Origin: Selaginella moellendorffii | Taxonomy: Eukaryota > Plantae > Lycopodiophyta | NCBI RefSeq assembly: GCF_000143415.4 | Contig: NW_003314273.1 | Coordinates: 2,418,719-2,482,718 of the forward strand | DNA: 64,000 bases | Direction of reading: 5' to 3' | Shown here: one piece after another, positions 12,500 through 25,030 of the stretch | Layout: each line of letters opens with the position of its first letter | How positions within the stretch are numbered: the first letter of the stretch is position 1 | Notes under the pieces: model-generated | The model's input: the letters and a program-made list of their open reading frames with translations, nothing else | Database searches by the model: none | Told to the model about the DNA's origin: nothing | Position numbers and translations under genes: made by a program

Positions 12500-15400
12500 T
12501 GCTTATGCTTGGCTGCGGACCTTCGGCAGGGACTGAGGCAAAACCAGACAAGGTCAAACAGACCGAAGTAAAATCAGTCCCACAAGCAGTGCCCAAGTAC
12601 AAACCAAAGCCCCCACTGGTCTTCAAGGGAGTGAACGACTATAAGGTGGTGGAGGATTGGTTTTACGATATGGAGGACTACTTCCGAGCGTTGCAGTTAC
12701 CGAGCTCGGAAAAGGTCCCATGTGCAAAACCATACCTGGCAGATAATGCCAAGTCTTGGTGGAGAAGGACAAAGGCCAACGAAGGACCGATGGCCACTTA
12801 GGACATGATGAAGGCGAGGATCCACGTGACTTACGTTCCTTCGAATGTTGCTCTGCATCTAAGAGATGAGCTAAGTAGTCTGAAGCAGACCGGAACCATT
12901 CAGGAGTATGTGAATGGGTTTATGGCAAAGAGGATACTTGTCACGGACATGGGGGATATGGATGTGTTCCATGCCTTTATATCAGGCTTGCAAACCTGGG
13001 CTCGCGGTGAGGTGATGCGTTGGAACCCGACCAACTACAAGGAAGCATTGGATGCGGCCATCAAGGTGCATTTCAATGATAACCTGCGAAAGGGGAACAT
13101 GACGGGGTCGGGGTCCATGTTTAGCAAAGGGGCCAAACCAAGGGGAATATATAGCAAAGGGAAATTCAAGAAGAGTTTCTCTAAGAATGAGTCCTTGGGG
13201 TTCCGGAAAGGCAAATCCGGTGGCCAGCGAGCAAGTATGTGGGAGTCAAGCAAAAAGAGACAAACCTACGGATAAGAAGGTCAAGTCATTTAGCAGCGTG
13301 GGTAACAACGTATGCTACAATTGCGGTGAAGCAGGACACTTTTCGAGGGAATGTCCCTACCCGAAGAAGGATAGAGCTAATATGGCCATTAAGTCGAGTG
13401 AAATCCAAACTGAAGTATATGATCCAGTCCCTAGCTCAAAGTTGCTTATTACATGAGCAACTTTGGTAGAGAGTAATTCACGACATCTACTAGCCCTCCG
13501 AGGGAAGCTCGGATGTAGTTTTGTTAAGATCCTTATTGACACGGGTGTTTTAGATAATTTTGTGGCTGCAGATATAGTTTGGCAAGTCGGACTAACGGTG
13601 CAATGGCTGGGCGAACCAAGGACTATAGAGTTTGTTCAAGGTAGCCAAAGCATCGATGAGGTACTTTGACAAGCGAGAGTCGAAGTAGGGACATGGAAAG
13701 TAGACGTGGATTTCACCGTGTTGGACATGGCGGGATTTAACGTGATCTTCGGGATGGATTGGTTCAATCGGTTTGTGGTAGCCTTGCATGGACAAGGTAG
13801 GAACCTTGTGGTACTAGTGAATGACCAAGGAAGAAGATCTAGGGTGGAAGCCTAGGATCTAAAGGTAGAGCAATGTAAGGCCAAAGATTCCTGCCTAAAC
13901 CTGGTGTCCACGAGATGACAACTCACTAAAGGAACCAAGGCAGTATTTTTGTGCTTACTCTCAATGAAGACTGATAAAAAGACGGGAACGGAAGAAATAC
14001 TTTTAGTGATCCAGTAGGTGTTGGACCACTTCTAGGATACCATACCAAAGGAGCTAACGGCGGGGTTGCCCCTTGCACAACCGATAGAACATAAGATTGA
14101 GCTGGCTGAGGGTGCTGAGGCGGTGGTTCGTCCCCCCTATCGTTTGAACGAAAAAGAACTTGCGGAGCTCAAACGCCAACTAGAGGAGTTGGTGGACAAA
14201 GGGTATGTTAGGTTGAGCAAGTCACCGTATGGGGCACCGGTGTTATTTGTGAAAAAGAAAGATGTGAGCTATGAGCATGTGCATAGACTACTAGTTGCTC
14301 AATAAGTATACAAAGAAGAACAAGTACCCTTTGCCAAGCATTGAGGACCTGTTCGATAGGTTGGGAAAGGCAAAATACTTCTCGAGGATTGACCTAAGGT
14401 CAGGATACTACCAAATCAGGGTAGCAGAGGAAAATGTCGAGAAGACAACTTGTCGAACAAAGTATAGGAGCTTTGAGTTTCTGGTGATGCCCTTTGGGCT
14501 ATGCAATGCGCTGACAGCGTTTTTGGCATTGATGAACCACATCTTTATACCCTATTTGGATCACTTTGTGGTTGTCTATATTGACGACATCCTGATCTAT
14601 AGCAAAATACTAGAGGAGCATGCCGGACACTTGACGAAGGTGTTTGAGAAACTAAGGGAACACCAGCTGTATGCTAAAGAGAGCAAATGTGACTTTGCTC
14701 AACAAAAGGTAAAGTTTCTCGGGCATGTGGTGGGCAAGGATGGGCTCAAGGTGGACCCTGAGAAGGTCTAAGCGATCCAAAATTGGGAGCAACCATCGAA
14801 TGTACACGAGTTAAGGGCATTCTTGGGGCTATGCAACTACTACTGAAAATTTATCAAATACTATTCGAGAGTAGCCCTACCCTTAACGAACCAAACAGAA
14901 AAAGGGAGGTATGGACAGCAGAATGCGAGGTGGCATTTGTCCACCTCAAAGGGAAGTTGAGGAAGGCTCTCGTGTTGGCGTTACCAGACTTTGGTAAGGA
15001 CTTTGAAGTATAAATGGATGCTTCAGACTTTGCGTTGGGTGCAGTTTTGAAGCAAGACAACCATCCAGTAGCGTTCTTCTCGAAGAAGTTGGACAAGGCT
15101 CAACAAAAGTGGCCTGCCCACGAGAAGAAATTGTTTATGGTGGTCAAGGCGCTCAAGGAGTGGAGACACTACCTTGGGAGACACTTCAAGGTTTACACGG
15201 ACAATATGGCAACGAAACCCTTTTTGTCACATCACAGCCCAACCTGAGAGGGAAACAGGGTCGGTGGGCCAATGCTTTGGCCGAGTTTAATTGCGAGATT
15301 CTGTACAAGCCTAGGAAGAGCAACATTGTGGCAAATGCGCTAAGTCGAAAAGCAATCTTGAAGTTGGTGATATCCAGCACGACAGCAACCTTTTAGGATG

Positions 15401-16952
15401 ATGTGCAGACAGCATATGAGAATGATGGTCTAGCACAAGAAGTGTTGCTGAGGAATCTAGAGGCACGGGAAGTTCACCAGAGAGGTGAGCTGCCAATGGA
15501 AGAGAAAACAGGCTATGTGGAACGCAATGGACTCATCTATTACAAGCAAACGAGGGTGTATGTTCTAGAAGGGGAACTAAGGAAGGTAGCCTTAGAAGAG
15601 TGTCATGATGGACCTCTTGCAGGACACAGTGGAGTGCCCAAAATGATGGGCTTACTCAAGAGGAAGTACCACTGGCCAGATATGGCTAAGGATGTTTAAG
15701 ACTATGTAAAGATATGTCCAACATGTCAGTAGGTCAAAGCTGTGACTAAGGCTAGTGGTGGATTGTTACAAAACATCCCAATTCCAGATCATCCGTGGAA
15801 ATGTTTTACCATGGATTTCATCACGGGATTCCCCCCAAGTGAGGGGTTTGATGCAATATTCGTGGTGGTGGACCAATTTTTGAAGATGACATATTTTATA
15901 CCCACCACAACGGAAGTGGATGCGGAAGGTGTGGCAAAGCTGTTCTTCGAACAAGTGGTTCGAGTGCAAGGAAGGTCAGAGGAGATCATCTCAGATTGAG
16001 ATAAGATCTTTACCAGTAGGTTCTGGAGAACTCTCTTGGAACAGTATCGCACCAAGTTGAAATTCAGCACAACCTATCACCCACAGACAGGTATTGGGTA
16101 TTAAGTCAAGTTGGATGGCACTAACACTTTTTGACAGATGGACAAATGGAAAGGGTGAATAGGCAGCTGGAGGATTATTTGCGATGCTATGTCTCTGGAG
16201 ACCAAACTGATTGGGTAAGTCATTTGGGACTTGTGGAAATGTGCTATAACAACTCACCACACTCAAGTATCGGGGTGAGTCTATGGGAAGTCATCGATGG
16301 GCAAGCTATTGAAGGTCCTGTAGAACTCGGCGTGGCTAAGTATCATGGAGAGTTACCCGCAATGGAGGCATTCACGGTGGAAAGACTCAACATTTGGAGT
16401 CTAGTGAGGGATTCCTTGGAACGGGCTCAACAAAGGCAAACCAAGTATGTGAATCAGAAATGTTAGGACGTAGAGTTCCAACCTGGGGAGAAGGTGTGGC
16501 TGAACACCAAGAACCTAAGGCTACCAAGTGGGATAAGTTGGAAGTTGACCCAAAGGTAAGATGCATGTATTCCTGGAAGTGAACTGATCTTGAGTTCTTT
16601 AAGCAGGTTCGCAGGGCCTTACGAGATTGAGGCACGAATCGGTAAAGTGGTTTACCACCTCTGACTTCCTCAAGAGATGGGGAAGATGCACTCAGTGTTC
16701 CATGTGAACCTACTCAAGCCGTACTTTGAGGATCCGCTTTGCAAGGACCAAGTGAGACCTTTACCTGAGGTCATCCAAGGGGAAGAGGAATATGAAGTGG
16801 AGGCTATCCTCAATGCGCGCAAAAACAAGTGACAAGGACACGAGATGAGAGAATTCCATGTGAAGTGGAAAAGATTTCCACACTGCAAAGCAACATAGGA
16901 ACCGGAGGAGAATCTAGCGAACGTGCGAGATCTAGTGAAAGAATTTCTGTAA
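12500..16952 (+). pseudogene. gag-pol polyprotein, disrupted by many stops and frameshifts
   Basis: Gag DWFYDMEDYF...AKSWW and LKQTGTIQEY; zinc knuckle CYNCGEAGHFSREC; protease LIDTG; [30 protein letters not shown]; RNase H DASDFALGAVL; integrase CHD..GH, MDFITG, HPQTDGQ; chromodomain EEYEVEAIL...FHVKWK...EPEENL at 16782-16952. Confidence 0.93.
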
Positions 16953-17674
16953 GGCAGAACTCTATGTACTTATGCAAAGTTCAATTAAAGTATCAATTTG
17001 TGAAGTTGAGCAATGGCATATGTTGGGACCCAAAGGCGCGCCGAAGGTAAGCTAATTAGCATGGGTTAGCTAGGTCAACCAAGCATAGGTAACTACGCCG
17101 ACTCCCTGTGGGGATGTGGAATCCGTAGATGTATTATACGGACGTTGGGTTCGAGTCCCAACCTCCTAGTAAAGCAAGGCTGGGTTCAAGTCTCGACCCC
17201 ATACTAAGGTTTGGTGAGGTGAGGGGTATAGGGACACCTATATTTTGTTGTCATGGGATCTTGGCCGGGGAGGCTAACTTAGGCACACCGCTAAGTGGGG
17301 GGATGCCCCTGGAGACATGGTCAACAAGTCGTAGGATAAAAAGAGACGTTTGATGTGGGCATCGAATTTCTTCTATGGGTGGTGGAGTTGTAAGGAACCA
17401 ACTCCCCGAGGTGTCGTAGGCTAAAGGATCCCTGAAAGCATGACCGAAATGATAAAGAGTTATCGGATGGGACTAAGTTTGAGATTGAGTCTAAGACCGA
17501 CTCTGAGACCGAGTTCGAGATAGAGTCCGGGATTGAGTCCGAGGCCGAATCGGAGACTGAGTTCGAGACCAAGTTCAAGACAGAGTCTGAGATCCAAATC
17601 GGGTCCAAGACCGAGTCCGAGGTCGAGTCTGAGATCCAAATCGGGTCTGTCGGTCTTCCCAAGGGGGGGGAGAG

Positions 17675-18821
17675 TGTCACAAATGTGACTTCAGGTATTG
17701 AAAGTTACCTGTCAACTAGTCCTTATGGACACTCCTTCCTTATTGCCACGATGGCAGGAGGTCGGTATTGTTGGTTCCCTTTATTAACCCCTCTTGTTCA
17801 AGTGTTAGTAAACTGGGCTTAGCACCTGTACTTAGCCAGATGGACATAAGGTAGGAACTCCTATGTGTTTCTAGCTGAGTATACTCGGCCTGGCACTTAG
17901 TTTTCTTTTGCTCTGTCTTGCACTGGCTTGACAAGAACCCTTGCGTATTGAAATTGGTCCTTCAATATCGCTGGATGATAGCTTACCGTGTTTGCCAAAC
18001 ACCCTCGCTATCATGCCCTTTGTGTTAGTCTTAATTCGGTCCCAAATACTAATTATGGAAAGTGTCCAGAATTGTTCATTTGGCATATCTACAGAATGTA
18101 GAGATTGGCCTGAACACAATGGTGTTTGTCTCGTGTCCAAATTCGCAATCTAACGCCATTCCATATTTAGTAAATTTCAAGCTTGTCCCACAGACTAACT
18201 CCTAGTACTAAGGGTGGTTTGGGGTGAAAGCCCAAAGCGTGTGTTCCTCAAGGGGGGGGCGGGGGGTTTGTGGAAGGTTTCAAATGTATAATAAGGATAG
18301 TGGGTAGGTTGTGCATGGCCGACCAACCTGAGGTATAGTCTAACTCCCGCTTGCGTGCCTGTCCTTGTTTTGCGTCCGACTTGGGTCTAAGCCCAAGTTC
18401 CATTATGCTAGTTGGTGGAGTACCCATATCCTCATGTTAGGCCACCGGTATGCCGAAATGGCACCAAACTCTGTTTTGCTCTGTTTTGCGTGTTGGTCAT
18501 AGTATTGGGATGCTAGTTGCTCCACGACTGTTCCAAGTCGCTCCGAGCTCCTGTCCCTTCGCTCTTTAGGCTGTATGCTCGGGAGTTGCTCCGTGATCCG
18601 GTTCCGTCACTCCTTGGCTCTATGCTTGAGAGTTTGGCACCATTCCTTCATTTAGTGGCCCAAGGCCCTAAACCTAGGGTTTCGCACCACTGTCCCTTGG
18701 ACACGTGGCATATGACATATGGCATGTATCACGTGGCATAAAGAAGGTTTAGGTTCCGCTTCGTGGTGTTATCCTATGGTAAATCACCATAGGATAAAGG
18801 GTCAAAACCACGTGTGCTACA
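17675..18821 (+). mobile_element. LTR family A, full copy (about 1.15 kb)
   Basis: TGTCAC...GCTACA termini; preceded by PPT AAGGGGGGGGAGAG (17661-17674) and followed by a PBS-like TTTGGT. Confidence 0.85.
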
Positions 18822-18839
18822 TTTGGTTTAGGGCCTTGG

Positions 18840-19352
18840 GCAAATGGCACGGGTTCGATTCCCATTGATTAGTGGCTACTTAAAAATATAATATACCCTT
18901 AAGCAAGGTATATTCTTACCCCTAATTTGAAATTGTAGATATTGGGCATCCATGCGTATGTCCTTCCTTTTGTGTGGAGTATCCACAGACAAAGGTATCC
19001 ACTGTGGGACTACAATACGGGTGGATGATTAGTTGCCTCACATGGAATAGCTAGTCTACACAATGGAAGGATTAGTAAATTCAGTGTGGAAATGGAGGTG
19101 TTGGTTCCCCTTGGCTCAGTAGGGGTTGTTAGTCAATAGTCAATGAGGACATTGACATCTCTGAAGGGGGGGGTGAGTGTAACATATGTGATTATGGGAT
19201 GAGATTTGGATATATTGTCACTATGAATCCTTAGAACTTTAGGGGATAAATGGGGATAAAATAGCCATTAAGAACTCTCTCATCAAGCAATTGCCCCTTT
19301 TCTAATTGGTTTAAGGGGAGAGAGATAAGGTGCGCTATAGTTGGTATCAGAG
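18840..19352 (+). mobile_element. TRIM family B internal region + PPT + LTR (19178-19339) + iMet PBS (19342-19352)
   Basis: Reverse-complement homologue of 2361-3669; PPT GAAGGGGGGGGTGAG directly before TGTAACA; TGGTATCAGAG after the LTR. Confidence 0.8.
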
Positions 19353-22300
19353 TAAATAGATTGGTCCGTAGCTGTTTAGCACGGCATTAGTGGATCCTTC
19401 CTAGGCATGGTTACAAGTGGATCAATCCAGGCTATAGAGATGAGTCTATTGATTTAAGTAATTGCTGCTGTGCTCTGCCATAAACTTTTCTTGGGTTAGA
19501 CTGAAGGCAATGCCAAAGCAAGGTTGAGGTTTAGTCAAAGATGAGACCAAAAAGAGAGTTGTCAGGGACGAAGGATAAAACAAATAAATCATCTTCCCTT
19601 CTTGGAGAGATGATTTGCAACAAGGTGTAACTCATTGTTTATGTTTGCATTATGCAATCAAGAGTCCCTACCTTGATGCATGTTGAAAATAATGGTCTTA
19701 TAAATGGTGAGTCATGGGATTGATAGCGGTGAAACGTTATACTATTTTGTCTAGGCTTGCCATTGGAAGACTTGGGTTACAATGCTCAATTCTTTTTCAG
19801 GGAATTTTGCTATTGCTCCTTGAGTAGCTTGGTATTAGATTAGTTTTGAGTTTGGTCAGAAAGAAAGTGGCATAGGCTTATCTGTGTTGTGAACAAAAGT
19901 TGGTGGTGTTGGGTGTTGTAAATCTTGATTGGTGGAGTGTGGCATTTATGTTGCATTTTGTCAAATCAAGTTAGCACTTGATATTCATGTAAATCTTTGA
20001 AGTAATGACATGGGTGTTGCTCATGGTGTTGCTCAATTGATGACCAAGTCATTGTGATACTTATATCATATCCATGTGATAATGAGCGATGTGTTTACGA
20101 AGTTTCTTAGTTAAACAATGATCAACACCAAAGTGGTTGATGGTGAAGCTAGTCTACTTGCAAGTAGTAGCATTTTAGTAGGTTTGACCAGATTCTTATT
20201 AGTGGTCCATTATGCTAAGCTTGAGTTGGTATGTTATTTCTTTGAGGGTTTGCTCATAAAGTGTTGAAAAAGGGTTGTAGCATTCATTTGCTATAACTCA
20301 TCAATTAATCCATTAACACTTGGAGTAGATTGTTGGATGAAGAAGATGTGTGGTTGAGGCATTAACATTGCTAGCACTTGTGTTAATAGAAGTGGCATTG
20401 TTGTTCGAGTGATGAGGAATTCTTCCTTAGAGCTTGATTTTCCATGTCATTTTTCTTGTTAATGTTTTAGCTTCACATTAGATTTTGAAAGTGGTTGAAA
20501 AAGAGTGTTAGTGCAATGTGGATATTCGAAGATGTAGTCTTCGTGGTCAAGCTTTGGATGTTCATTTTGCATTTTATGGATGTCAGTGTTGGATGTCGGT
20601 AATATGGGCAAAATGTTCGATGCTTAAGCATACTATGGGTTATGAGAATTTGTGTTGAGGTGAATCTATGTGAAGTTGTTAGTAGGAGGAAATTGGTTGA
20701 GACTTGGAAGTTTATATTCCTGGACTGAGAGTCATTCTTTCTCTAAGATGGAAAATTTTCTATAAATTTTCTTAGACTTTTCCAATGGCTGATCTATTGA
20801 TCATTTTATCCGAAAACCTTTCCGTTTTCGTAAGCTAGTACAAACTAGTGAAAGGGTTGGAGTTGACTTTAGTTAGCCTAAATCTTAGTACGTAGTTTGT
20901 ATGATGCAACCCGAAAGGGATGCTAACTTTTGGGGCTAAGGCAATTGAGTTGGATAGAGTCTGGAGTTAGTGCAGAAAAGTGGCCGTTGCACTTTTCTAA
21001 GAAAGGTGACCCTTGTGCCTTTCTTCTATAAGCGTTCTGCTAGGTGGCAGATTACACCTTGCATTTCGTTAAACTCTATGAGAGTAGTGAGCTCTCATTA
21101 ATCTTGATTTGGTTTTAGTGGCTCTACGCCTTGGCTAAAGATGGTGATGTCCAACTTAGTTGTTTAAAGTTAAGATGTTAGTACCCGTACTATAGCTTTG
21201 TCTATGAGGAGGTTGTGTACTAATATGAGTCCATCTCATAGTCTTCACTTTAGTTTGGACTAAATGTTGGTCATGGATAGCTAGCCTCTTCAAGGCATGC
21301 TTAGAGCTATTAGCTTAATGTGTTGGTGAGTTTATTACGGTTGAGTTGGATTCGAGTGGTCATTTAATTCGTTCTCTATGAACCTTTATCTCGTACCTAG
21401 GGTATTATGTTCATGTTGGACAAATGTGTAACTCGATGACATGAGTTTAATGTTGGGTCTTGTGAAGGCAAGTTGAAGAGTGATTGTTGGTTGCTTTGCA
21501 ACTAATGATTACTTGTAAACTTAGTCAAAAAAATTTGACACTTGCTTCACTTGATGAAGATTTAGCAGTGATGGGCTTGCTTTACCGAATGGTGTTGTGG
21601 AGGATCATGTTGTTAGACTTACATACATGTTAGCATATCGACTCTACCTTTATCAATATCATTTGGTTATGTTTAGTTTATAGTGTTGGATTTTATTGAG
21701 TCTTGGACATGGTGAATCACTCCTTGATGAAGTGTTATCTATAACTGAGTATTGTTGAAGAATTGGTTTTGGATACTAAATATAGTATCTTTGATTTTGG
21801 TTAGCTTGATTGCTAAAAGGCTTTGAGTGGTGATTCACTCTTGCTTTCTTTTAGTTTTGTTCTGGTGCTGATGGCATTGAAGTAATGCCTTGTCGTTGAC
21901 ATTGTTGATGTTGAGATTCGAGTGAAATGAGATATCTCTCCGTAGGATTGATATTAAATTTCATTAGTCTCAATGAACATGGTGTTAATGATTTGGCTAT
22001 GGCTTTGTGTTATTGGTATTTGTACAATTGCTAGATAGCAACTGTATTGATGTTCAAATGAACTGAGTGGCAAGTTGAGTTAGTTGTGTTCTATACAAGA
22101 TTATTTAATAGGGGTTGAGCTTTAGCTTTTCCTTGAAAAGTGATTTAGTCGTGGACTATGCTAACTTTACAATAGGAGGAGTTAGTGATCGATATTTGAA
22201 TGTTTGAATCCTTGTTGGATTTGAGTTGGAATATATCGATCATTAATGATTTATCTTGTGCTTGTTATAAAGTGAGTTACGTCTTGCTATAGGTAGATTC

Positions 22301-23840
22301 ATGGAGGATTATTTAATGATCACTTATTGAGCATAACTTTGTTATGCTTAGCTTTTGGATTGATGCAGACATACTCTTCATTAGCTTTGGAAGTTTAGCT
22401 TATAGATGTGTTGAGGAGGATATTATGGGTTGTACCATGATTTCTTCTTTAGTATTGAAATTAGTTCATGCAAGACTTATGATCATTGTTAGGCAAGACT
22501 TAGCTATAGGCTTCTTCAAGCTTTTTGTTCTTTGAGTTTTCATGTTCATTATTCCATTTATTAGGAGTTGTTGGGGGAAGACATTTTGGCTTGTTAGCTT
22601 TGATGTTGTAATTAGTATTTGCATCTGGCAATTATTGGTGATTGACTATCATCTAGAATAATTGATTATCTTTATCAAAAGGTTTTGCTTGATTATTGTT
22701 GATATAGACTGATTTGCTGTTCTTTGGGATGGTAGATTCTTTCTTCGATGATAATTATGCATCTCTAAGGAAAATTCCTCATCACTTAACATAACAATAT
22801 CATCTCCACTAACACAAGTGCTAGTGATGTCAATGCCTCAACTGCACACCTTCTCCATCCAATAATCTACTCCAAGTGCTAATGGAACAACCGACAAACC
22901 ATAGCAAGTGAATGTTATAACCCTTTCCAACACCTTATGGGTCAACCCTCAAGTAAATAATGTACCAACTTAAACTTAGCATAATGGACCACCATTGAGA
23001 ATCCTGTTAAAGTTACTACAATGCTACTACTTGCAAGTAGATTAGTTTATCCATCAACCACTTTGGGGTTGATCATCATTTAGCCAAGCAACTTCGTAAA
23101 CACATTGCTTATTATCACATGGATATGATATAAAAATCACAATGACTTGATCATCAATTGAGCAATACCACAAGCAACACCCATGTCATTACTTCAAAGG
23201 TTTACATGAATATCAAGTGCTAACTCAACTCGACAAAATGTAACATAAATGCCACACTCCACCGATAGAGATTTATAACACCCAACACTACTAACTTTTG
23301 TTCACGACATGGACAAGCTCATGCCACTTTCTTTCTGACCAAATTCAAAACTAATCTAACACCAAGCTACTCAAGGAGCAATAGCAAGGTGCCCTGGAAA
23401 AGAATTGAGCATTGTAACCCAAGTCTTCTAATGGCAAGCCTAGACAAAATAGTATACCATTTCCCCACTATCCATCCCATTACTCACCATTTGTAAAACC
23501 ATCATTTCCAACATGCATCAAGGTAAGGACTTTCAATTGCATATTGTGAACACGAGTAATGAGTCACACCTCGTTACAAATCATCTCTCCAAGAAGAGAA
23601 AATGATTTATGTGTTTGATCCTTCGTCCTTGATGACTCTCTTTTTGGTTTTAACTTTGACTAAACCTCAAGCTTGCTTTCGCACTGCCTTCAGTTTAATC
23701 CAAGAAAAGTTTATGAGAGAGTATGGCAATGATTACTTGAATCAATAAACTCAGCCCTATAGTCTTAATTGATCCACTTATTCATGCCTAGGAAGGATCC
23801 ACTAGTGTCGTGCTAAATAGCTATGGACTAGCCTATTTGC
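19352..23840. repeat. Large inverted repeat: arms about 19352-20432 and 22763-23840, spacer about 2.3 kb
   Basis: The arms align as reverse complements along their length, e.g. GTGGATCCTTCCTAGGCATG / CATGCCTAGGAAGGATCCAC. Confidence 0.88.
20440..22760 (+). mobile_element. Highly eroded LINE-like remnant (tentative)
   Basis: MRICVEVNL at about 20642 resembles the L1 ORF1 motif ARVCVEIDL. Faint endonuclease-like traces at about 21430-21730. No intact ORF. Confidence 0.3.
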
Positions 23841-25030
23841 CACTCACAACAAACCTAGGGAAGGTTTACTTTCACCCACGGTACACAGAATAACTCATGG
23901 AACCACCGATATGTTAACATTAATCCTGCTAACTCAAAGTGTAACCTTGAGTTGCTAATGTGCCTCCCTCATGAGCCCAAGTGCAAACTTGTGCAAAATG
24001 GTACACCTCAAATCCATCCTATGAGCCCAAGAGCAAGCTCACATCATAAAGTATAACAAGGTAACCAATTCCATACCCAAGGAACGATTGCAAAGCCTTT
24101 GCACCCAAACATGTACCCACTCGGATCATAATTTTCATCTTTGCGTATGCAATGAGACTAGTTGCTCAATCTCATTGAATAGTACTCCCCGAGACTCACC
24201 CTCTGATACCCCCAAGGTCAAGACCAAGTGGAAAGACCAAGTGGAAAGGACATATAAAATAATTGAATTATAGCAATGTAATAGTGTTGTGAGTCTAAGA
24301 AAATAGTCTTTAAGGAAGGACTCATAAGTGGGTTGCAAAGTTGGGCTGTGGATTGAGCCCATAGCAGATAATGTTAAAGAGACTTACTAGGGGTGAACAC
24401 TCTTTGAACTTAGGGAAATAAAACCTTTGTTATAGAACTAAAAGGATATCTCAAGTATGGAGGTAGTGATTTTATGTTCCTTGGTGCAACAATCAAAGGA
24501 TAGAAACAAAAAATTAATGGCTAAAAATGGACTATGGAAATCATTGGAAGGAAGCTAAATGGCAAAATTAGGCAAGGAACACTCGTGTGTTAGATGCTAA
24601 CGGATTGTGGGAAAAGAAATATATTTTCAAAGATAGATTCCTAAATGTTCCAATTTGGAGAAGGTGAAAGCTCCAAGAAATGGAGCGGAAAAGTAGCCAA
24701 ATAATGGGCTATGGATAGCCCTAACACAAATTATGGATAGATGAAATTTAGTGCCAAGGGTGGTATGAAATAAAAGGGAGATGATAATACCCTCAAGTAA
24801 GAACTTTTTAAGATGGGGAAATAGTGTTTGTATAACCAGTGTAATACAAAGTGTTGAATACACCTAGGAAATTGATTCGAGATGTCAATATTAAAATTCC
24901 AGAATGTGATAGTTATGTTGGTAGAGGCTGAGACTACTCTTAAATGAGTAGTAAAATTGAAATAGAAAAAAGTGTCTCTAATGAGTTTAGCATAAACTAA
25001 ATGAACAAAAAGGGAAGGAACCATTATAAA

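Larger units (their letters stand above)
11648..17650 (+). mobile_element. Degenerate Ty3/Gypsy LTR retrotransposon (chromovirus), LTR family C
   Basis: LTR starts TGTAAGGAACCAACTC at 11648 and 17389, the latter preceded by a purine-rich PPT. Domain order gag, CCHC knuckle, PR, RT, RH, IN, chromodomain. The 3' LTR is truncated at about 17650. Confidence 0.95.

Noticed and set aside
13187-13275. Programmed frameshift between overlapping gag ORFs
   Set aside because: The element has many random stops and indels, and the shift falls inside gag before the zinc knuckle; decay is the simpler explanation.
17100-17170. tRNA gene
   Set aside because: A T-arm-like hairpin is present but there is no convincing acceptor stem or A-box/D-arm; reported only as tRNA-like.
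18180-18245. Possible hammerhead ribozyme (retrozyme) around the GAAA motif in the LTRs
   Set aside because: No CTGANGA core was found at the required position; only a simple tetraloop hairpin is supported.
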